Shown: piece after piece, positions 31,138 to 40,802 of the stretch
Numbering within the stretch: the stretch's first letter is position 1
Layout of the letters: each line of letters starts with the position of its first letter
From: an uncultured Bdellovibrionales bacterium
GTDB taxonomy: Bacteria > Patescibacteriota > Minisyncoccia > Moranbacterales > GWC2-37-73
DNA: 64,000 nucleotides
Reading direction: 5' to 3'
NCBI GenBank assembly: GCA_964484505.1
Contig: CAZAFB010000003.1
Location: 37,044 to 101,043 of the forward strand
Made by a program: the position numbers and the translations under genes
The notes under the pieces: generated by a model
The model's database searches: none
Seen by the model: only the letters and a program-made list of their open reading frames with translations
Told to the model about the DNA's origin: nothing

Positions 31138-33126
31138 ATGAAAATCAAAATTGTGTGCTTGGCTTTTGCTTTGGTGTTCTTCGCTACAGCAATAAATGCC
31201 GAGGAAATTTCCGATAGCACAAGCGAAAATGTCAAAGAAGGATATGTCGTGCCGGTAATCGTATCTTCTGCCAGTGCAGAAATGCAGGAAGGGAATATTG
31301 CTAAGATTAATTTTAGTGTCAAAAATAGTGGAAAGGAAGCGCAGCGTTTCAGATACAGCACAAATGTCTTGAATGTTAATGGCGATGGTGTTGAACTTTA
31401 TGATCAAAAAAAGTTTGACGAGTTAGTGTTTCTGTTTCCCGGAGAAAACAAAGATTTACAGTTTGAATATGCTTTTTCAGAAAAAGGAAAGCTTGGTAAT
31501 TCTTTTACAGTGAAGATCATTTTGGAAGACTCAAATGGAAAGATTTTGGATATGTATAATGCTGGTATCATTAATTGGGAACCAAAAGAAAAACAAGTCG
31601 TAACAAATAATTCCAATATTGAAAAGAAAGAATCAAGCCTAATGCAAAAGGCTTCGATTGCATTTATTTTTGTTACAGTATTTCTGATAATGTTAGTTTT
31701 ATTTTTGAGGAAAAAAATGGCAAACAGAGCCGCATTGTTCTTGTTTTTTGTCCTTTGCAGTATGCTTCATTTCCAAAAAGCTCAAGCAGTGACTGTAAGT
31801 AGCGGTAGCGGCAGCGTTACCTTTACCTCGTATACCAGGGCTGATGCTTGTCCCAACCCTGGTCCGTTTGTGTGTGTGGCCTCTGGAGTTACTTATAACA
31901 ACGGTCTTGATTATAACTACAGAACAACATCCACGGCCACCATTCCTGGTTATAAGAGGGGTCGTGCGGCAATATACATAGGAACCGAAGCTTCAATTAT
32001 TGACAGTGCAAATCCGATTAATGGAACATACTCGCCACCTACAAGCACTACGCAATTTATAAACAGTGAACCGCCAATTTCTTATTCGGTCACATTTAAT
32101 GGGCAAACCAAGACGGTATTTACAAATGCTACGGCAAGATTTGAATATTGTGGTTCAGGAGCATCCGGATGCGATAATCCCGTTTATTATAATTATGCTT
32201 CTTTTACTTTACCCGCATCTCCAGGTATATATAATGCAAGTTACACCGCTTCATATAATGGCAGGACCAGCAGCGGCACTTTTCCGATAGCCGTAGTTTC
32301 CGAACTTTCAGGAGCTTGTGATAATGGTCCGAATGGCCAAAATAGTGGGGTTCCAAAGTCTACAGCACCAACGTCCTTTTGCAGTTCTGGTTTTTATAAT
32401 AATGATCTTATTTCCAATGCAACCACTTGGAATTGGAGATGTTATGGAGGACTTTCAGTCAATGGCGCAACTGTTGATGCAAACAACCTAGGCGTTTTTG
32501 CAAACTGTAGCGCGAACAAGATCGTGTATAGTTGTACGGCAGGTGCCAGCACGGCAAATGCTGATCCTTGCACGGGTGATAATACAGGCCTTTCGGCCAA
32601 TACTCCGAACACTCTGGTTTCTGCTTGTGGCGTTCCTAAATGTGAATATACCTGTCGTTCAGGATTCACCCTTTATTCCGGAGCTTGCAGAAATATTTGT
32701 GGAAGTGCTAATGGAGGTACTTATTCAACGGCTCCCGCAACAAATCTTTGCGGAACAGGGAGCTCTATCATCGGTACGGTTACTGATTCTGGAACCAATT
32801 GGACTTGGACGTGTGCTGGAACAAGCGATGGCAGGATGAGAAATTGCAGTGCTATAAAAGGAGCTTGTGTTGTGAGCTATAGTGATTATCAGTGCACATA
32901 TAACGATTCAGTCGATTGTCTTGATGAGGCAAATTGTGAACAAACAAATCACAAAACCGTCAATGCATGTTCTGCCCAAAATAGTTGCACTTCTGGTTAT
33001 GATTTACTTACTCCTGCAGATTGCAACAATAACGGAGTCGCTTGTGCGAACAATGACCAAACATGTCCGGATTGTGCGCCAAGCGATCCCACGGGAGAAA
33101 ATGTTTATCGTGAAGTAGCACCATAG
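31138..33126 (+). CDS. Exported Cys-rich protein with internal TM and second signal peptide
   Basis: N-terminal signal peptide, CG..NG...TAP...C...W.W.C repeats, C-terminal YREVAP. Confidence 0.8.
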   Translation: MKIKIVCLAFALVFFATAINAEEISDSTSENVKEGYVVPVIVSSASAEMQEGNIAKINFSVKNSGKEAQRFRYSTNVLNVNGDGVELYDQKKFDELVFLFPGENKDLQFEYAFSEKGKLGNSFTVKIILEDSNGKILDMYNAGIINWEPKEKQVVTNNSNIEKKESSLMQKASIAFIFVTVFLIMLVLFLRKKMANRAALFLFFVLCSMLHFQKAQAVTVSSGSGSVTFTSYTRADACPNPGPFVCVASGVTYNNGLDYNYRTTSTATIPGYKRGRAAIYIGTEASIIDSANPINGTYSPPTSTTQFINSEPPISYSVTFNGQTKTVFTNATARFEYCGSGASGCDNPVYYNYASFTLPASPGIYNASYTASYNGRTSSGTFPIAVVSELSGACDNGPNGQNSGVPKSTAPTSFCSSGFYNNDLISNATTWNWRCYGGLSVNGATVDANNLGVFANCSANKIVYSCTAGASTANADPCTGDNTGLSANTPNTLVSACGVPKCEYTCRSGFTLYSGACRNICGSANGGTYSTAPATNLCGTGSSIIGTVTDSGTNWTWTCAGTSDGRMRNCSAIKGACVVSYSDYQCTYNDSVDCLDEANCEQTNHKTVNACSAQNSCTSGYDLLTPADCNNNGVACANNDQTCPDCAPSDPTGENVYREVAP

Positions 33127-33156
33127 ATAAAACTGCACATAAAAATAGTCTACACA

Positions 33157-33180
33157 CAAAAGCGGGGTGACCCGCTTTTG
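33157..33180 (+). terminator. Intrinsic terminator (paralog of 30986-31010)
   Basis: caaaagcggg-gtga-cccgcttttg. Confidence 0.7.
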
Positions 33181-33308
33181 TCGTCTTTTGCATGCAATGA
33201 ACCCTTGCGGTTTGCTGTGGATAACTCGTTAACTTTTTTTTCGCAGCCTTTTGTTGTATAATAAGCCTATAATAATAAAAAAATATTTATAAAAAATAAA
33301 CCAAAATT

Positions 33309-36086
33309 ATGAAAACAAAAATACTTTGGCTGGTTTTTGCTGCCGCTCTCTTTGTGGCACAAAACAATGTTTTGGCTGAAGAGAAACTTTCCGATGAACA
33401 AATCAGGGCCGACATGGAAGCTAAAATGAAGAATCAGTACGGAGACTTGGTGAAGCTGAACACTGACCAGCAGGGTCAAGCAACAAAAATAGCCTCGACA
33501 GATGTTTACAACGTCCAAATTTTGGAAAATAACGGGACGGAAGCTACTGTCGGTTTTGATGTCTACAATAAAGAAGGCATCCAATCCCAGATAAAATATG
33601 CTGCCAAATTATTTAAGGAAACGGAAAACAGCTCGCAGCTTGTTGATTTCAAAGTATATGACGAGTTGTTATCAGTTGGCAACGAGGAACAGATTCATAG
33701 AGAAATAAGGTATGAACTGCCTAATTATTTGAATGGTAAATTTAAATTGTATGTGGAATTGCAAAACAGTGAGGGCATGCTCCTTTCTCTTTCGCCGGCA
33801 GGTGATGTAGATTTGAAGCCTGCTAATGGGTACATTTCCATCGATGAAAGCAGTTGCTATCTTTTCATCGGAGAGGATAGCCAAAATAAATATAATCTTG
33901 TTCAGGGCGTAGACGTGGCTTCTTCCGAGAAACTCACATTGAATTGTGATATTGAGAACAAAGCCGGAGCTGAAAAAACCCTGACCCCAAATATCTCGTC
34001 ATATTACAGAAATATTTTTGGTGAAAAGAGATCTTCGGCTGATTTGGATAACATTATTCTTGAATCAGGCAAAAAAGTGGAAAAGCAGTTCGTCATTCCC
34101 AAGCCTGAAGCGCCCCAAGCTTATGATACTGTCCTTTCTTTGGTTGGCGAGGATGGGAAAATAGCCTCAAATAAAATTATTGTTCATTATGTGGTCCAGG
34201 GTCCCAGTGGAACTATTCAAAACATTATATTTGACAAAGACAAGTATCTCAAAGGAGAAGTTTCCAAGATAAATTTTGCATATTTTGACAGTGCTGACAG
34301 TTTCACTGGTTCTCGCGCTGGCACGGCGAATATAAAAGAAGCGGTTGCTTTTATAAAAATTGCTGACGGCTTTGGCAAGTCATGTGGAAAAATGGTTGAA
34401 AAAAACATTGAAAAAAGCAACGGACTCATCAGTGCAGATTATTCAATGGAAAAAGATTGCAATTACCCGCAAGCTGAAATAACGGTCAAGGATCCGGAAG
34501 GACGTGTTTTGGCGCAGACAATCTTTAAAATGAAAACAGATAACTTGGAGCATGAAAGTGAAGTGTCGAAACTGTCTGAAACGGTAGCCTCCAAGAAATT
34601 ATTGCTTATTGTTTTAATCATCTTGCTTGCAATATCTTTGGCGATAGTTTTCACAGTAAGATCAAGAAAAGCGAAGATAGCATCCCTCGCGTTGTTTCTA
34701 GCTGGAAATATGTTTTTATTGGGAGCAGGAAAAGCAAGTGCTGACAGCTACACGCTGAGCATGCATTATTATGTCTATGGCTATTCTTGTCCAGTTTCCG
34801 TTGAATGTCATAAGGCCCCAATAAATCTGTCTTCTCGCTTGGCTGCTGACCATATTAATTTCGGAAGTTGTACTTATACTGCGATACATGAATCCAATGA
34901 GACAATGAATGGAAGTTTTGTTGTGCCACCGACTGTTGCTCCCGGAGCTACTTTTCCTGTAACGGTTGGCTTATACAATCCTAAGTGCGTAAATACTGTT
35001 CCTGTGCAAGTCACTGTTGCCGGTTATGTGCCAAACGGATTCGGTAATTTTGACAAAGAAGTAACATTCTTCGGTACCAGCTGGGCTCAGCGAGCAGAGG
35101 ATGGACTTGTCATTGCAGGAGGAACTTCCGTCAGTAAAACGATCAACGCCATTGCACCGAATACCCCGGGTGATTACATTGTGAGATTTTATGTATTCGG
35201 TTCTCCTGATCCTGATAGTGTATATAATGCGTTTAAGAACTGTGGTGCTCATCCTCAATTGAGTGGGGCAATCAGTGCAACTGCTACAATAATAGATGTG
35301 AAATATAAAGTTGTTGTTCCTACTCCAGTAAATGGTGTTTGTGGATCATCTAACGGAGGATCATTTACTACGGCTCCAACAAGCGGACTTTGCAATACAA
35401 CCGCTACGACTCCAACAGTGGCAGATAGCGGTACTTCTTGGACATGGAAATGTACGGGAAGCGGAGGGGGAACAGATGCATCTTGTAGTGCAAGTAAATT
35501 AGCAGCTTCTTGCACCGGCTCCGTTCCGACAAACGCGGGTGCATATGATGCCGAAGAAAGCAGTGGCTTGGCTGTTAGTACCTCTTGGGCATATTCAGCT
35601 ACTGATACAGCGACAAAATGTCAATACAGGTGCACTGCCGGAAGTTGGATGGGTTCTTATTGCGGCTACAATTGCGGTGGGTCAATTCCGACCAATGGTC
35701 AATCATATGGCGCAACTGAGACCTCGAGCATATTTTCTCCAACTTCATGGTCTTATTCCGGATCGAACACTGCAACTAAATGCCAATTTTACTGTCAGGC
35801 AGGCACAAGCTGGGATGGTTCCGGTTGTGTAAATGGAAGTTGTACCTACAGCGGGCATACTTGTAGCTACAGCAATTCCGTAGATTGTTCAGACTCTGCT
35901 AATTGCGGACAAACCAACAATCAAACAGCATTTTGCTTGGCCGCAAACAGTTGCACGGGCAGCACGGATACGTTATCTGCAGCAGCTTGCACTGCCGCGG
36001 GAGTTTCATGTTCTGACAAAACTGAAACTTGTCCGGCATGCAGCGGAGGATCTGGTGATAATACGTATAGGGAAGTGCTGCCATAA
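33309..36086 (+). CDS. Exported Cys-rich protein, paralog of 31138-33126
   Basis: Same architecture; homologous C-terminal Cys domain ending YREVLP. Confidence 0.8.
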   Translation: MKTKILWLVFAAALFVAQNNVLAEEKLSDEQIRADMEAKMKNQYGDLVKLNTDQQGQATKIASTDVYNVQILENNGTEATVGFDVYNKEGIQSQIKYAAKLFKETENSSQLVDFKVYDELLSVGNEEQIHREIRYELPNYLNGKFKLYVELQNSEGMLLSLSPAGDVDLKPANGYISIDESSCYLFIGEDSQNKYNLVQGVDVASSEKLTLNCDIENKAGAEKTLTPNISSYYRNIFGEKRSSADLDNIILESGKKVEKQFVIPKPEAPQAYDTVLSLVGEDGKIASNKIIVHYVVQGPSGTIQNIIFDKDKYLKGEVSKINFAYFDSADSFTGSRAGTANIKEAVAFIKIADGFGKSCGKMVEKNIEKSNGLISADYSMEKDCNYPQAEITVKDPEGRVLAQTIFKMKTDNLEHESEVSKLSETVASKKLLLIVLIILLAISLAIVFTVRSRKAKIASLALFLAGNMFLLGAGKASADSYTLSMHYYVYGYSCPVSVECHKAPINLSSRLAADHINFGSCTYTAIHESNETMNGSFVVPPTVAPGATFPVTVGLYNPKCVNTVPVQVTVAGYVPNGFGNFDKEVTFFGTSWAQRAEDGLVIAGGTSVSKTINAIAPNTPGDYIVRFYVFGSPDPDSVYNAFKNCGAHPQLSGAISATATIIDVKYKVVVPTPVNGVCGSSNGGSFTTAPTSGLCNTTATTPTVADSGTSWTWKCTGSGGGTDASCSASKLAASCTGSVPTNAGAYDAEESSGLAVSTSWAYSATDTATKCQYRCTAGSWMGSYCGYNCGGSIPTNGQSYGATETSSIFSPTSWSYSGSNTATKCQFYCQAGTSWDGSGCVNGSCTYSGHTCSYSNSVDCSDSANCGQTNNQTAFCLAANSCTGSTDTLSAAACTAAGVSCSDKTETCPACSGGSGDNTYREVLP

Positions 36087-36415
36087 GGGTAAAAAATTAC
36101 TTTGCTTTGACACTCGATGCTCCCAAGAGACATCGAGTGTCTGTTTAAGGATATTAAATCGGGGTTGTTAACTGTGGATAACTATAAAAAAAGGCTTTAT
36201 TAAGGGAAAATAATCTCTTATCTTTAGGTTAACTTTGCTAATGTTGACAAGTTTTGGCTTGTTTGATATCATATCCATACGTTCTAAAAAACAATATAAC
36301 GCAAAGATAGATACAAGAGGTTTGCCAAGGTGATTGCAAGCATTTGGATAGAATTCCGGCGAGTCACCCTCTCTTTTTGGGTTGGCGTTAAACAGACAAT
36401 ATTTTGCAATAAAAT

Positions 36416-36634
36416 ATGAGTTCAAACAAAGAACTGATCAAACTGGAAGGAACTGTAGTGGAGACGTTGCCAAGCACTACTTTTCGCGTGAAATTGGACA
36501 ACGGGCATGAAGTCTTGGCGCACATTTCAGGAAGGATGCGAGTGAATTATATCCGCTTGCTTCCTGGTGATAGGGTGCTGCTGGAAATGAGCCCCTATGA
36601 TTTAACCAAGGGGAGAGTGATTCAACGAATGTAA
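36416..36634 (+). CDS. infA: Translation initiation factor IF-1
   Basis: [34 protein letters not shown]. Confidence 0.98.
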   Translation: MSSNKELIKLEGTVVETLPSTTFRVKLDNGHEVLAHISGRMRVNYIRLLPGDRVLLEMSPYDLTKGRVIQRM

Positions 36635-36647
36635 AATTAAAGGAAAA

Positions 36648-36722
36648 ACGCAGAAGAAAACAGAAAAACACAGAGACACAGAATTTCAGTGTCATTCTGC
36701 AAGCTTCTGTGTAATTCTGTAA
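36648..36722. repeat. Family D palindrome, copy 2
   Basis: gcagaagaaaacagaaaaacacagagacacagaa ... ttctgcaagcttctgtgtaattctgt. Confidence 0.7.
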
Positions 36723-36729
36723 TAGCTAT

Positions 36730-36843
36730 ATGAAAGTACGAGCATCAGTGAAAAAAATATGTGCCAAGTGCAAGATAGTAAAGCGCAGAGGAAAACTCTA
36801 TGTGATTTGCGTTACTCCTAAGCACAAGCAACGCCAAGGATAA
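36730..36843 (+). CDS. rpmJ: 50S ribosomal protein L36 (too short for the ORF track)
   Basis: Hand translation [37 protein letters not shown]. Confidence 0.97.
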   Translation: MKVRASVKKICAKCKIVKRRGKLYVICVTPKHKQRQG

Positions 36844-36844
36844 A

Positions 36845-36942
36845 AATCGCGAATTGACGCAAATGGAATCGCGAATAATCGCGAATATATCAGCGGTGGT
36901 TATTAGTGAATATTGGAGATAAATTAGTGTAAATTAGTGATT
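36845..36942. repeat. Family G palindrome 1 (TCGCGAAT / ATTAGNGA units)
   Basis: rpmJ-rpsM spacer. Confidence 0.85.
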
Positions 36943-36951
36943 TATAAAATT

Positions 36952-37338
36952 ATGGTACGTATCGCAGGAATAAATTTGCCGGACGAAAAGCGCATTGACA
37001 TCGCGCTTACCTATATATACGGCATCGGAGACACGACAAGTAATCGCATTTTGGAAGGTTTGGGAATCGACAAGTCTTTGCGCACCAAGGATCTGAGCGC
37101 TGACCAAGCAAACAAGATCCGCGAAGAGGTGGAAAAGAAATATCGCGTGGAAGGAGAACTCAAACATGAGGTAAAGATGAACATCAAACGTCTCAAGGAA
37201 ATTGGTTGCTATCGTGGCTCACGCCATCAGAAAGGTCTTCCGGTAAACGGACAGCGCACCAAAACCAATAGTCGCACCGTTCGCGGTAATGTTCGTCGCA
37301 CGATGGGAAGCGGCCGCAGATCGGAATCTAAGACATAA
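36952..37338 (+). CDS. rpsM: 30S ribosomal protein S13
   Basis: RIAGINLP, YRGSRH.KGLPV.GQRTKTN. Confidence 0.98.
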   Translation: MVRIAGINLPDEKRIDIALTYIYGIGDTTSNRILEGLGIDKSLRTKDLSADQANKIREEVEKKYRVEGELKHEVKMNIKRLKEIGCYRGSRHQKGLPVNGQRTKTNSRTVRGNVRRTMGSGRRSESKT

Positions 37339-37345
37339 TGATAAA

Positions 37346-37434
37346 AATCGCGAATCGACTCTAATATAGTCTCGAATAATCGCGAATGTTTTATTAGGGA
37401 TAATTAGTGAATTAATTCGTGTTGATTAGAGATT
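37346..37434. repeat. Family G palindrome 2
   Basis: rpsM-rpsK spacer. Confidence 0.85.
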
Positions 37435-37445
37435 CATATCATCAT

Positions 37446-37925
37446 ATGGCAGAAGAAAATAAGACAACAGAAGAAGTGATGGAAAAAGTCGAGGTTGCAA
37501 CCGAAGCTCCTGCTGAAGAAATTCAGACTCAGGAAACTGCTGCGGAAGCTAAGAAAAAAAAGAAGAAGCTCAAAAGGCAAATTTTGAAGGGGCAGGCTCA
37601 TATCCATTGCACATACAATAACACCAAGGTTGCTTTGTCTGACATTAATGGTTCTATTCTTGGCTGGTCAAGTTCCGGCCTGCTCGGTTTCAAAGGAGCA
37701 AAGAAAGCTACTCCCTATGCTGCAGCGCAGGTGGTTGCCGATGTGTCGGAAAAGGTGAAGAAATATGGCTTACAAGAATTGGAAGTATATGTGAAAGGTG
37801 TCGGTAGCGGAAGAGAATCTTCAATTAGAGCTTTGGCTAACCGCGGTTTTGAACTGGTTTCAATCAAGGACATTACTCCGATCCCGCACAACGGATGTAA
37901 GGCAAAGAAACCTCGTAGAGTCTAG
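37446..37925 (+). CDS. rpsK: 30S ribosomal protein S11
   Basis: GFKGAKKATPYAA, DITPIPHNGC. Confidence 0.98.
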   Translation: MAEENKTTEEVMEKVEVATEAPAEEIQTQETAAEAKKKKKKLKRQILKGQAHIHCTYNNTKVALSDINGSILGWSSSGLLGFKGAKKATPYAAAQVVADVSEKVKKYGLQELEVYVKGVGSGRESSIRALANRGFELVSIKDITPIPHNGCKAKKPRRV

Positions 37926-37933
37926 AGGATATC

Positions 37934-38023
37934 AGTCGCGAATCGACACTAATTAGTCTCGAATAATCGCGAATGTGAATTTATTAGAGATAATTAGTGA
38001 TAAATTAGTGTAAATTAGAGATT
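37934..38023. repeat. Family G palindrome 3
   Basis: rpsK-rpsD spacer. Confidence 0.85.
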
Positions 38024-38032
38024 TATAACATT

Positions 38033-38665
38033 ATGGCACGTGATTTAGGATCAAAATGCAAGAAATGCCGTCGCGCATCAGAAAAACTCTTCCTTAAGGG
38101 TGAACGTTGTGCTTCTCCCAAGTGCGCTATGGTCAGAAGGCCATATGCTCCGGGAGCGCATGGTAAAAGTGTTTCCAGAGGCGCAAGTGAATATGGCAAA
38201 CAGTTGGCAATGAAACAAAAAATCAAGCGCATCTATGGTGTGCTCGAAAGGCAATTCCGCAAGCATTATGAAGAAATCAGCGGCAAGCAAGGAGTTACCG
38301 GTGATTTGCTCATGGCTCGTTTGGAAATGCGTCTCGATAATGTGGTTCGCCGCATGGGATTTGCCAGCGCGCCGTCACTTGCAAGACAGTTGGTTAATCA
38401 TGGATCATTCATGGTTAACGGCAAGCGTGTCACTATTCCTTCCTATGAAGTGAAAATCGGTGATGTTATCTCCATCAATCCTTTGAAAGCTGAGAATGTA
38501 TATTTCAATAATCAAAAACAGTGGATCCAAAATAAAAAGGATGTTCCAGCTTGGCTTCTGCTGGATGGTGCGAAATTGGAAGGAAAAATCGTGTCTGTTC
38601 CAAGTCGCGAGGATGTAGGCGTGCACGTCGATCCTCAGATGGTAGTTGAATATTATTCTCGCTAA
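38033..38665 (+). CDS. rpsD: 30S ribosomal protein S4
   Basis: Zn-type N-terminus, LEMRLDNVV, ARQLVNHG, VVEYYSR. Confidence 0.98.
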   Translation: MARDLGSKCKKCRRASEKLFLKGERCASPKCAMVRRPYAPGAHGKSVSRGASEYGKQLAMKQKIKRIYGVLERQFRKHYEEISGKQGVTGDLLMARLEMRLDNVVRRMGFASAPSLARQLVNHGSFMVNGKRVTIPSYEVKIGDVISINPLKAENVYFNNQKQWIQNKKDVPAWLLLDGAKLEGKIVSVPSREDVGVHVDPQMVVEYYSR

Positions 38666-38739
38666 ATTTTTACTACAAACTAACTTCATAAGTAAACGTG
38701 TTCTTTGCGCCTGGGCGCGATCAGCATGTTCCAAAGGCT

Positions 38740-39720
38740 ATGCAGGGAGTATCGCTTCCTCAAAAACCAAAGTATATTCCTGTCGATGACCACAGCGGCA
38801 AGTTTGAAATCCTCGGATGCTATCCGGGATATGGCGCTACCTTGGGTAACGCCCTTCGTCGTGTGCTGCTCTCTTCTTTGGAAGGGGCTGCTGTCACTTC
38901 AGTTAAGATCAAAGGTGTTTCCCATGAATTTTCCACCATTAGTGGTGTAATGGAAGATGTGGTTCAGATTGTGCTTAATCTCAAAAAAATTCGCTTTAAG
39001 ATGTATTCAGACGAGCCGGTGAAAGTTTCTCTCAAATCAAAAGGGGAAGGTCCGGTGACTGCAGGCAGCATTGTTTGCCCTTCCAGCGTGGAAGTGGTAA
39101 ATGGCGAACAAATAATCGCAACCGTTACTGACAAGAAGACTGAACTGGAGATGGAATTGGAAGTAGGTAAGGGCTTGGGATATATTCCAATTGAACAACA
39201 GGAACGCCCGGATAAGGAAATCGGAGTTATTGCAATCGACGCGGTGTACACCCCGATTCGTCGTGTAAATTATGAAGTTGAGAACATGCGTGTAGGAAAG
39301 CGCACTGATTTCAATAAGATAACCTTGGAAATCGTAACCGATGGCAGCATTACGCCAGAAGAAGCGTTCGATAAGTCCGTGAGGATACTGATCGAGCAAT
39401 TCTCGACGCTGGCTCAAATCGAAGTCGTTTCCGAGAAGGCTGAAGAGGAAGAAGAAGTTAAAGAAGCAGAAGCAGTGAAAGAAACATCTTCTGAAAAAAA
39501 AGAGGAAGAGCAGGAGGATCCGCTGAAGCTAAAACTTGTTGATCTGAAGGGAATTTCCACCCGTACGGCAAATGTCCTGGAAATCCACAAGATCGTCAAG
39601 ATCAAGGACGTGGTCAAATTCACTGAAGAAAAACTTCTCGAACTGGAAGGAATGGGAGAGAAGGGAGCCAAGGAAATCAAGAAGGCGATTGGTGAATTCG
39701 GTCTTACATTAAAGCAATAA
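38740..39720 (+). CDS. rpoA: RNA polymerase subunit alpha
   Basis: GYGATLGNALRRVLLSS, HEFSTI.GV.EDV, RVGKRTDF. Confidence 0.98.
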   Translation: MQGVSLPQKPKYIPVDDHSGKFEILGCYPGYGATLGNALRRVLLSSLEGAAVTSVKIKGVSHEFSTISGVMEDVVQIVLNLKKIRFKMYSDEPVKVSLKSKGEGPVTAGSIVCPSSVEVVNGEQIIATVTDKKTELEMELEVGKGLGYIPIEQQERPDKEIGVIAIDAVYTPIRRVNYEVENMRVGKRTDFNKITLEIVTDGSITPEEAFDKSVRILIEQFSTLAQIEVVSEKAEEEEEVKEAEAVKETSSEKKEEEQEDPLKLKLVDLKGISTRTANVLEIHKIVKIKDVVKFTEEKLLELEGMGEKGAKEIKKAIGEFGLTLKQ

Positions 39721-39727
39721 GGATATA

Positions 39728-39828
39728 AATCGCGAATCGACGCGGATTTAATCCCGAATTATCGCGAATAGCGATGCGAATTGATTCATTAGAGATTATT
39801 AGCGATAAATTAGTGTTGATTAGGGATT
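39728..39828. repeat. Family G palindrome 4
   Basis: rpoA-rplQ spacer. Confidence 0.85.
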
Positions 39829-39835
39829 TAATTAT

Positions 39836-40201
39836 ATGAAACATAGAGTAACAGGAAGAAAATTTAGCAGAAAGAAAGGTCCGCGTGAGGCGATGATCAA
39901 GACTTTGCTCGGTAGCATTATTGTGCGTGAGCGCGTTACTACCACTGAGGCGAAAGCCAAGGAAGCAAAGCCAAAAATTGATCGTTTGATCACCAAAGCG
40001 AAAAAAATGAAAGCCGATCCAGCTAAGAGCACCGCAGTGATTCGCGATTTGCGTAAGCACTTGCCTTTGCCTGCTGTGAAGAAGCTTTCCGGAGAATTCC
40101 TGGATCGTTTCCGGGCTCGCCAAAGTGGCTATACCAGAATAACCAAGCTGGAGCAAAGAAAAAGCGATGGCGCAAGAATGGCCGTGATAGAATTCGTTTA
40201 A
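39836..40201 (+). CDS. rplQ: 50S ribosomal protein L17
   Basis: MKHR...RK, TT.AKAKE, GYTRI.K...R..DGA.MA.IE. Confidence 0.97.
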   Translation: MKHRVTGRKFSRKKGPREAMIKTLLGSIIVRERVTTTEAKAKEAKPKIDRLITKAKKMKADPAKSTAVIRDLRKHLPLPAVKKLSGEFLDRFRARQSGYTRITKLEQRKSDGARMAVIEFV

Positions 40202-40202
40202 G

Positions 40203-40300
40203 ATCGCGAATGATCACGAATAAAATTTCGCGAATTTACACGAATGACTTGCTGAAATTATTCGAGATTATTAATGATAAATTAGTGTAAATTAGCGAAT
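40203..40300. repeat. Family G palindrome 5
   Basis: rplQ-rplM spacer. Confidence 0.8.
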
Positions 40301-40308
40301 AAATTAAT

Positions 40309-40695
40309 ATGAAGAGACAATATCATTTATTTGATGCGAAAGGGAAGAGGCTGGGAAGACTGGCTACTGAAATCGCAACCGTTTTGAGCGGCAAAGGAAA
40401 AGTTGACTTTACCCCGCATATTGACGGAGGAGACACTGTGGTTGTGATTAATGCAGCTGAAATTGCAGTTACCGGAAACAAGATGACCGACAAGATATAT
40501 CACAGTTTCAGCGGTTATCCGGGTGGAATCACTTCAATCGCGCTGCGCGACCTGCTCAAGAAGGATGCTCGCAAAGTGATTCAAAACGCAGTATATGGCA
40601 TGCTTCCGAAAAACAAATTGCGCGACAAGATGATGACGCGTTTGTTTGTCTACGCTGATAGCGAGCACAAGCATGGAATAGACATTACACATTAA
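40309..40695 (+). CDS. rplM: 50S ribosomal protein L13
   Basis: DA.G..LGRLA, FTPHIDGGD, GYPGG, GMLPKN. Confidence 0.98.
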   Translation: MKRQYHLFDAKGKRLGRLATEIATVLSGKGKVDFTPHIDGGDTVVVINAAEIAVTGNKMTDKIYHSFSGYPGGITSIALRDLLKKDARKVIQNAVYGMLPKNKLRDKMMTRLFVYADSEHKHGIDITH

Positions 40696-40702
40696 GGATA
40701 TG

Positions 40703-40793
40703 AATCGCTAATCGACACGAATTTTATCTCGAATAATCGCGAATGAAATTCATTAGAGAAAATTAGCGATAAAATTAGCGTAAATTAGAGATT
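40703..40793. repeat. Family G palindrome 6
   Basis: rplM-rpsI spacer. Confidence 0.85.
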
Positions 40794-40802
40794 TATAACA
40801 TT

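Noticed and set aside
31040-36185. Replication origin inferred from DnaA boxes
   Set aside because: Boxes are single and kilobases apart; no dnaA/dnaN and no box cluster.
36845-40793. Family G repeats as a CRISPR array
   Set aside because: Copies are degenerate, ~95 bp long and separated by whole ribosomal genes; no cas genes in the window.
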